A stretch of 63,269 bases of DNA, filler included, from Dicyema japonicum (Eukaryota; Animalia; Dicyemida): the NCBI GenBank assembly GCA_011109175.1. It is 8 parts of 8 records of this genome, joined end to end, with 100 filler letters (N's around TTAATTAATTAA, not from the genome) between each part and the next. Parts side by side here need not be neighbours in the genome. Positions count along the whole stretch, not along the records: positions 45,947 to 61,000 come from RDEW01000209.1; positions 61,101 to 63,269 come from RDEW01000281.1; 6 more parts are not named here. The stretch is one strand, 5' to 3'. The translations under genes and the position numbers were made by a program. Shown one piece after another: positions 54,190 through 63,269 of this stretch (its first letter is position 1; each line of letters begins with the position of its first letter). The notes under the pieces are model-generated. The model made no database searches. It worked only from the letters and a program-made list of their open reading frames with translations, and was not told the origin of the DNA.

Positions 54190-54930
54190 TGACTGCGTGG
54201 CTATTCCCTCTCATTATACGAGCGAGATTCGCTCAAATAACCAACAACGCTCACGAGGGGTTCCTATTCGTGTAGCGATCCGATTCCCTAGACGACTAAA
54301 GAATTCATCATTTAAGAAGGTACCCAGAACTCCATTGGGAATGACGTTGAGTCAGGCACCGCTCTCGAAAGACGCCCCCAACTACAAACAGGCACGGCGA
54401 TGTTGGCTAGATGAGACTAGCAAATTTTTGAAAGAATTCCAGCATATAGCATCGTCCAAGCTTCGCTGAGAGAACGAAAAAAGCAAGGAAAGCTGATAGG
54501 TGCGTCTCCAGACTTCACGACCATGGCCTGCGTCCTTAGAGAATTCAGGTAGAGAGTGTAGAATCTTCTCGACATGTGAGTCACAGTTCACTAGTGATGA
54601 TAGGTATAAAAGGAGAGAATGGTCTACAGGGTTCCGAATTCCAAGTCCTCCGAGTCTCACTGGCAGCGTGGCTTGCTTCCATGAGTAATTGTCGAACCGG
54701 ACTTTGCAGTTACGTTCCGCTGTCATACGGAATATCTTGTTAATCTGTACGAGTTGGTCACATTTGGTGTAATAGGGAGCAATCTCAGGACATAATGAAA
54801 GCCTCTGTATGTTGAGACTGTTTTTCAGGAGAAGTAATGCTGTAGCATGTCAAGTAGACAGAAGCGGTTAAGAGTCTCTCCGAGTAACAGTAGTTTTTCA
54901 CGCATAGCACATCCTATTGCTTTTATGGTA
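54190..54930 (-). mobile_element. CRE-like element, 3' part lacking the endonuclease core
   Basis: WKQATLPVRLGGLGI and SGAWLNVIP are joined directly to RLGNRIATRIGTPRERCWLFERISL. Confidence 0.8.
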
Positions 54931-56789
54931 TTGGGGATCGCCGTATATTACCGTTTACTCTTATTTCTTCTTCTTTGATGAAAAAATCTGTCATTTTCAT
55001 GATGTTTCATTTTTTTCGTAATTAAATAACAATGACTGCTTGAATGGACTATTAAATTTATCAAATTGAATAATTTTTCGTTTTTAAGAACTTTGAATTT
55101 TATATCAATCTTAAATCTTTGTAACAACCCATTTGATGCGACAGAGTATTTATTTAAAATTGTTTAAGCCCATTCTCGAAGAAATAGTTATTGAAACTTT
55201 TTTAGGAGTTCCAGAAACTGGAAAAACGCATTAAAATCTACAAAAAATTGAAATTAAACGTTACTTTTAAAATATTTATTTTATAAAATCGGCTACTAAA
55301 TTTATATAAATAATTTTTTTTTCATAATAAAAAATTATTGCCCCAAATAGAGGTGCTAAATTTTATTGATTTGAATACTTTTGGTAGAAAATTTAGATAA
55401 CCCCAAGAGTTTTTCCAATAACCTAGAAATTAAAGTATTTATATCTCCTTAATCACGATTTTAATAAAATTATGAAAATTTTATCTTATAATTTGTATGT
55501 TAAGTTGAGTAAGGTCAAGTTATTCCATTTACCTCCGGAAGATTGTCTGTGTTTCCAAATTATTTCATTACCACATTCTAAATATACGACGAGGAAGGTT
55601 TTTCATAGAATTTGCAAAGTTGACATTCGTGAAAATCTCCGATTCGAATATGGCAAAACTTAACGGAGTTAATATTAATCTTACTTAAATGAGTTGTTTT
55701 TATAATTTTGCCAGAATTTCTAATTTTCGATTTTGTTGAGCTACAGTCTTCCCCTCGAGCGACTTTGAAGTTTTATTCCAGAGCCCTGCAAAATAGATAG
55801 TTCCCACAGCTCTGCACTTATTCCATCAGCCATAGAAGAATCAGGTCATTTGGATTTGTTCTGTAAACGATCTTTAAATAAAAATTCCGTGTTTTCTAAA
55901 TTTTTTGCGAATTGAACCCTTCTTTGAGTCCTACTTCATTACAGGCTTCTTATGTCACTTAAAACAAAGTCAACCAAAAAGCCCATCCTGACAAGTGACG
56001 TGGTTTTCGTCCTTAACTTCAAATAAATTTTCCTAGGCAGCTACCGCCTTTTATGAAACATTGGAGAGGTAGGTTCTAGAATTTCTGTTAGATAAATCAA
56101 AGTCATTATCTGAGGCTCAGGAAGAAATCCCATTTATAACAACAGTGATGAATGTAGGATGAACATAAAGAATGTGACCATCAATACCGAAGTCAGCAAC
56201 GCAATCGTCCGTGTCCTTTTTTGAGACAAATTCGATACGCCTGAATTCCGCAGTGTAATTCGTGCCTTACTTGCTGTTGCAGATTAACTACGACTGAACG
56301 AAGTATCAAGTGAAATGAAGAAACTTTCTCATTGTCTTTTGTCAGCAGATCCAGCATCATTATATAATTCAGTAAAAAGAATTTCAAGCTCTTTTTGGAT
56401 TTTGACATTTTGTGGGCTCCAGCATATCTTTTTAAAATTTTTTTAAACTGATTAATTTGATTGAAAATGAGCATTCAAGACTCTTCAAATGATATAATAC
56501 TCAAAACTTTTTATTATCAATCAACTCTTAAAAATACATCAAATTGAATATTGATTTTTACGCTGTACAAACAGATAATCTTCTTTATAGTTTATCAGAA
56601 CTTGATGATTAGGAATTTCCAAAAAATAAAAAGATTTCCAAAATCTTTTTAATCGTTTGATTTAAGAATGGCTTTATTAAAGAATTTTCATTCATTTTTA
56701 ATAAATTATTTGTAATATTTGTACAAAAATTAAATGAAAAAATGAGTATAATGTTTTATTAAATTTTTATGATAATAAGTTATTAGATT

Positions 56790-56853
56790 GCCAACATGGC
56801 CGAGCGGTCTAAGGCGGCAGCTTTAGGTGCTGTTATCTTCGGATGTGTGGGTT
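56790..56853 (+). pseudogene. 3'-truncated tRNA-Leu(TAG)
   Basis: TGGCCGAGCGGTCTAAGGC D-arm, anticodon stem GCAGC/GCTGT with loop TTTAGGT, variable arm ATC-TTCG-GAT and T-stem GTGGG. The sequence stops after the TT of the T-loop. Confidence 0.7.
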
Positions 56854-57164
56854 GATATATTTTTAAAAATGTAATTTTATAGTAGATTTTTGATACAGTT
56901 ATTTTTTTTAAAACTCCCTCAGTTTTTGGGTGTTATGATAAGAATAATGTAGCAAACTCAAAAGAAATTTTTTTTGAAATAAAATAAGCGCAGTTTCTTC
57001 TTTGATAGCAAGCAATTCACTCTTCCAGTGTATTTTGAACTCCTTACCAACGTTAAAATTGCCACTAAACAATGCGACAAACATCATTACTTGTCGCTTT
57101 AGTGTTTCGAAATCCATTTCCCAGAAATGAGTATTTTCTGTATATCTATTCTCGTGAGATTGAA

Positions 57165-57860
57165 TCAGAGATATAAATCATTTAGAAGTCAGACCGACAG
57201 ATAGACTTTGACTAGTTCCTCCGCGAAAACCAATAGGAGAGGCTTCTAATTTAAACCAACACCGACCTGCCTGTATCGTTACTGAAAGATCTTCGTAATC
57301 AGTGGTTGTATTAATGACCTCGCTATTGTTGGTACCCATCTTGACGATACTCTTTGCATCAGATGAAGACTTTAGCTTTATATGACATTACTAGTTCTTT
57401 AGCTAAAATCAATAGGAGAGGCTTCTAATTTAAACCAACACCGACCTGCCTGTATCGATACTGAAAGATCTTCGTAATCAGTGGTTGTATTAATGACCTC
57501 GCTATTGTTGGTACCCATCTTGACGATACTCTTTGCATCAGATGAAGACTTTAGCCTTATATGACATGTGACGTCGATTGATATGGATATCATGGCCTTA
57601 TGTCTAAGAACCTCAGAAAGATTCCTACGACAAGGCAATAAACTGAACTTAGAAACGTGCTCTGTAGTCTGTTAGATTCCCCTCTAAACTGAACCGCTCG
57701 GCCTGGAAAGATAAGGAGAAGCCATTGGTTAGTTTTGTTCTTCCCACATCGTCCCAGTAGTCACGTTGTATGCCACTGCTAAAGCCGAGAAGGCTAAGGG
57801 GGAGAAATACGATGGACATCTTATGTCTTGATGGTATTCATAAGAATCCATAGAATCCAG
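57165..57860 (-). mobile_element. Penelope-like 3' remnant with internal ~179-bp tandem duplication (57211-57567)
   Basis: Homologous to 1270-1680. SVGLTSK*FISLIQSH resembles GIY-YIG YVGxT...RIxEH. Confidence 0.4.
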
Positions 57861-60343
57861 TACGAGGGAGGAGCACCGGGAAAGAATGAGGATTTTGGTG
57901 CTAATTTGTTAACGATGATTCCACACTACTCCCATTTTTCTAAAGGCAGCGAAGGCTAACATCTTCCTGTTAGTTATATTCTCAGCGTCTCAGAGCAAGA
58001 CCCCAATTTTTTCAGTAACTTCATTTTTCATCATTTCGGGTTAATTGGTTAGTTGTCTCCGTCTTTTCCGTATTGATTTTGATGAACCATTTTTCTAGAC
58101 ATCTGGCATCTTTGTCCGTACATAGTTTAATGTTTTCTCGTCGCTGGATATATAGTCGATATCATCTGCATAAATCACTTCATTTGAGGTAAATCGACAA
58201 TTAATAGTCTGAAGTCTCTGAGTGCCGCCTCCAGATATGTCACAAAAATTACCGGTAACAAGGAATGTCCCTGCGGTACCCCGAACGTAGTCTCGAATGG
58301 GACAGACTCCAAATGTCAAAAACGTACACTTAGCTGCGCTGTTCCAAATAATAGACGGATCAAACTGACACTTTCCTCGACAACCAACTTCTCCAAGATA
58401 TCCAAAAGTATCCCTCTGTGAATAGAGTCAAAGGCTTTGGACATGTCCATGCCAAGGATGTCAGAGTTTACTTGTACTTTTGATGTGTTGCAAAAAGCCA
58501 TCGATGTCCCCAGACCACATCAGCTGTAGATTCCCTGACCTAAATCCGCCTTGACAGTGAGAGAGAAAGTTCTCGATATAAGTCCAATCCAGTTCAGCAC
58601 TATAAGTGATAGTGTCTTGCGTAGAGTTGTCAATAGTACGATGGGTCTTAAATTTGTTAAGGGGCCTTTAGCTTTGTCCGGCTTTGGTGGTGCAAATAGT
58701 GTGCCATTACCCACATCCAGTGGTGAGTTGTATTTGAATTTTTTGTTGTTTATCTCAGTTAATAGTTCAGAGATCTCGGTCGGTTCATATTTGAGAAGTT
58801 CTTCATTTATGTTGTCAGGGACAGCAGCTCTATTGTTGTTCAGTTTGTCCAGGGATTTTTTTGTTTCCAGAATCGTTATCGGGATATTTAGTTCTCGTGC
58901 TGCACCATAGAATTGTTTGAAGTTTTCCTCGTAGTTTTGATTAAAGGCCTGCTGATAATAACTGAATATGGTCGATAGAATTTCTATTTTGTTTAACATA
59001 GTCTTTCCAAACTGATAATGTTTTGTGATTTTTGATGACTGCGTGTCTCTATGTAGTAGGTGAACAGCTTTCAACATCTGCGCTCCGTTTTTGAGCCTTT
59101 CTACTTCTTTAGCCATTCAACAAGTTTATTTTCCTTTATTTCCCCGTTCTTTTCTTTATTTTATACAGGGTTCCTCATGACTCTTAGAGTGTGTTCCTTT
59201 GCTTGGTCCTGGCAGGTTTCGACCTGTAAACGTAGGTTCCTCTGCAATTTAGATAGTTCTTCAAGCTCGTGGTCATAGTGTCCGTTAAATGCTTCGGTTT
59301 TACTCCAACTGCTGAATGGGCTGTGGCCTTTATTGCATCGATGATGTCTCGCCACAGCTCCCCAGGCATTTTTTCTTTATTCCACTGTCTGATCTTTTCT
59401 CTCAATGTATTTTGATAGCTATCCCGAATCGGTCCCACCATGCAGAGTTGCTCTACTGCGAACCTCCTCTCAGATGTCCTCATGCCAGCCGCTTTATAAA
59501 CCCCTAAACATCGTTTGAAAAGGAAACGTGCCACAACCAGTCTGTGATCACTGTCTACTAGTGTCCCACTGTAGCTCGAGAATCTGTTAGCAGTGCCTTG
59601 TATGCAGATATGTAATCTATTTGGTTATATATAGGCTTGATAGTCCCGCAGATTTGTCCTTTCGGTAACAGCTCCATGTCGTCTTATGTCTTCTGAGTGC
59701 CTGAAATCAGTATTGCATAGAAATAGTTTTGAATGTATTGCAAAATTCGATAAGCGATTCTCCTGAATGGTTCCTGATCCCCTTCCATGGCTTCCCAAGA
59801 ATTTTTCGTGACTACTCACGTTCTGCTTTTGCGTTCAAATCTCCGGCGATGTATGTCATGAACGATGTTTCCAAAGATGCATGTAATTGCGACAGAAAAG
59901 AATAGAAGTCGTCTAGTTCGTCTCCATTGATTGAGACTCTCACCGAAGTTAGTGCATATACATTAATAATGGAGATTATGGAATTGTTCCTTTCACCGTA
60001 TTTTAATTGTAAAACACATATTCTATCGCTCACCCTCCACGTCTTGTGGATTCGATTGTTCAGTTCTTTTTGAACTGCAAATCCCATGCCATAGTGTGGG
60101 TAATTCGAAAGGTGCAGAATTAAGCGGAAATCATTGTTGATTTCATCTAGTCCTTCTTTTACTTTCGTTTCCTGTAAGCACGCCACAGTTACCTTATACG
60201 ATCCAAGATCCTCGCATAAATTTCTTCTTTTAGTATCCGACTTTGATTTTCTTACATTGAACGAGCTAATAGTAAAAGATCCCGAAGAAAAGCACGAAAA
60301 AGACATGTGTGCAATAGAGTCACGTCACCAACTCAACCAAAAA
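57860..60343 (-). mobile_element. RTE-like LINE, full 5' end, decayed, 3' end missing
   Basis: 5' motif at 60316-60343, APE (CLQETK, GDLNA), then DMSKAFD, GVPQGHSL and YADDI; many frameshifts. Confidence 0.88.
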
Positions 60344-61968
60344 TTTCTTCATTAAAAACTTACAAAAATAACGGATAAGACAAGAAACTCGTCACACAAA
60401 GTTTAAATTTAAATTATTTTTAAATTAATTTTATTTTAGCTAAATTTTGTTTATTAAAATTTATAGTAAGTATATTCTTAGTCAAGTAACCATGCGTCAT
60501 GTGGTTCGCTTTGTTAGGTGGTGTCAGATACAAGCCAAAAGTGTAACCAAAAAGAACCATTTGTAAACTACCATACAGAGGAGTTCCCCCTTTTTGGTTC
60601 ATAAAATTAAATTCATTAAAATCCTGTTAATCGAACGGAAAGGCAAATAAACTAGAATCTACTGTCCACGGCATTCACGATAATTTAGTCTAGCGATTGC
60701 GGACATTCAGGATGACAAACTCTTCTCCGATGGTTAAAATCTGGTTGTTTTTTTATTGAATTTCAGTTATATTGATGGCGAAAGACTTGAGTTTAGAAGA
60801 CTGCCACAATATCATTTAATTGATCGACAAACAGTTCAAAAACCAAAATCCTACCTTGGAAATACTCAACCCTGGTTTTGAGGTTACTTTCAGAGTAATA
60901 GTTAGTTCCTGACGGATTCATCCTACGATTGGCGGTCGGAAGATAAGGTAAGGGATTGGACTAAAGAGTTCCTTTTCCAAATTCTTCTCTTCATGAGATT
61001 NNNNNNNNNNNNNNNNNNNNNNNNNNNNNNNNNNNNNNNNNNNNTTAATTAATTAANNNNNNNNNNNNNNNNNNNNNNNNNNNNNNNNNNNNNNNNNNNN
61101 TTTATAAAACCCGATTTGTAGATCAAATCATTCCTATCAACCAGGCAGAGCTTGTCCTTCACATAAAATTGGCAGAAGGGGGATTCGAATTCTCCAGTCG
61201 CCTCAATGCTGGTCAGATTCAACGTTGCTGTAATATTCTTTCCCGAATAGATGGCTGAGTAGTTATTGACCCAGATCCTTTGACTTGATCATACAAATAA
61301 GTGGTCTTACCCCTGATCCTTGATTTTTGGTAGACAGCGTAAAGAAAGATACCTCGGCCAGTTATTTTTTACAACTACGTGTTCGGTGGAGGTCGCTATT
61401 AAGAAATATGAGTTTTTGTATTCCAAATTATTGGGGATCTCTATTCGAGGGCACTGCAGAACAAGACTGAATAGTAGAAACATCATTTTTTTGCCATAAT
61501 GTAGCTCAGTGTTATATAGGCAAATTTGACGTGGATTGTTGGAGGTTTAAGAAATGGCTGTGTTAGTAGAATTCTATTTAAGGAAGTCCAGATCAGGATT
61601 TCCATATTTGGACAACATCACATAAACTTCTGTAAATAGCATCCTTGAGTTAAATCTGTTCAGAGTTTCGTAAGAGAGACAGCATTGTTCACTCAATCTG
61701 AGTTGAAGAGTTAAAAATTAATTCAATTATGTCTCCAACACTGAAAACGTGACAGGCCATTAATCTAAAATGACTTACGAAATTACTAGGTAACTACAAT
61801 TTATTCAGAGTACTGAATGAAAACGCAATCTCACTGATGTGTCATCCAGCTAGAATTCAATCAAAATGAGAACAGTAATCTCAACGAATTTTGGCGCTAT
61901 TGATCGGTACCGTCTAAGACAAATTTTGGCAGTATTTTTTTTAATAATAATGTCTAAATATGAAGGAT

Positions 61969-62280
61969 TTCGTGTCATAGTGGTTAGGTGTCGGGCTTAA
62001 GTGGCTAGGCTACGGGTTCGAATCTCGCTGCTGTTCACCTGGTGGAAGGTTCCACGCATCTACGATGCAGAAAGGGTTTGACGAGTGACGCCGTCATCAG
62101 TGGATACTCACTGCGGAACTGGATTGTCTAGAAAGGACACTCAAGAAAAAGAAAAAAAGAAGTGAAGATCATTCCTGATTAGTTAAAATTAATTGTTCTT
62201 TACTTAAATGAAGTGTGTGTCCTGCCTATGCGGAGCTATAAATACTATGGCTCTCGTGAAAAGACTTTATTATTATTATT
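61969..62280 (+). mobile_element. tRNA-derived SINE with ~20-bp TSD
   Basis: A-box-like TAGTGGTTAGG, B-box GGTTCGAATC and a (TTA)n tail. Direct repeats AATGT(C/T)TAAATATGAAGGAT lie at 61949-61968 and 62293-62312. Confidence 0.75.
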
Positions 62281-62399
62281 CGTCAAAATAAGAATGTTTA
62301 AATATGAAGGATATATCTTGAGTATGGTTCCACTTTAATGACATAGCCATAACAGAAATTTTCCGAGGTCATTTAGCCAGCCAGTGTCAGATTGTAATG

Positions 62400-63269
62400 A
62401 AGAAAAACTGACACGTTCAGCCAATAGCATGATTTACCAAAACTGGTTAAAAAGAAAATAAATGTCCTCGTCCAACTAAGTGACCCCATACCGACATGGA
62501 AGAGGGGAAGAATATAATGGGACTTACCGATGTTGTAGCACTTTCAAAAAGAAAGTAACACCTTCCCTATCTTTCAAAATGGAAGAACCCTCAAGGACGG
62601 TCCATCCAAATACAGCCAATTACCGTCCTAATACTAATTGTACAGCACATCCGTAGCATCAAAGTCCACGTGATGAGTTTAAGCTTATTAATATGATTAC
62701 CTCTCTTATTCACCACAGAAAAAAACAGAAGAATCACATCACCACCAATCCAGAACTAATAACCTTAAAACAAGTAGAAATTAAAAAAATCTATTTCACA
62801 ACGAAAATCAGGAATAGTCAATAAAGGTAACCTCAGAATAGAAGAACACATAAGTAGGTAACTCAGTCGTGGTGGGACTCAAGATAGTGATCATCCCACG
62901 CTCAAAATCAACAGATTTTCTACAAATGACAAAAAAGTCACAACAAGACAACAACAGCAGCAATATTCTTATATCCAAACTCTGGGTCACTCTGATCATC
63001 ACTCCAAGGAACAGAAAACAAGTGGTCAACCAGATCAGAGACCACGCGTATTTGGACAGGGAGTACTCTGTACGTCTTATCATTCATTCCAACTGGGAGA
63101 CAGGACTCGGGGACTTCAGGGGCTGTCTAAATCAACAATTAAAGGCAACAGCCAATCTGGAAGACCCTTATTCTATCAATGGGAATTGAAAACAGGTGAG
63201 GGAACAACTCCAGATTGTCTGAATAAAAGTATCGGTGGATCATCTGGTTGCATAAAGTTTGTCGATAAG
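62400..63269 (+). mobile_element. Probable decayed LINE RT-region remnant
   Basis: PSKY-x-PIT-like segment near 62605; otherwise weak. Confidence 0.35.

Overview
This is a fragmented draft assembly of an AT-rich eukaryotic genome, probably a metazoan parasite with a compact gene structure. A conventional PKC and 21-38 nt GT-AG introns fit a myxozoan or dicyemid; this taxonomy is inference only. Contigs are joined by N-runs, several carrying the artificial linker TTAATTAATTAA, so adjacency across gaps is unreliable. Recognisable host genes: conventional protein kinase C (3' end lost), mitochondrial-type prolyl-tRNA synthetase (3' part), a KIAA1143/DUF4604 homolog head-to-head with NIP7, three divergent LAMP-domain-like membrane protein genes, and several orphan membrane protein genes. 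Much of the window is transposable elements: four RTE-like APE+RT LINEs of one lineage (one with an intact 980-aa ORF), four CRE-like RT+restriction-like-endonuclease copies (one near-intact 872-aa ORF), other LINE and Penelope-like remnants, two tRNA-derived SINEs with TSDs, and Helitron, Ginger/TDD-like integrase, pogo/Tigger and IS630/Tc1 remnants. The best leads are the hidden LAMP-like family supported by intron position, a conserved 5'-terminal motif with a compensatory base change in four diverged RTE elements, a twin-priming-like inverted RTE insertion, an NRD catalytic loop in PKC, and an exon+micro-intron tandem repeat. All translations and alignments were done by eye; no database searches were run.
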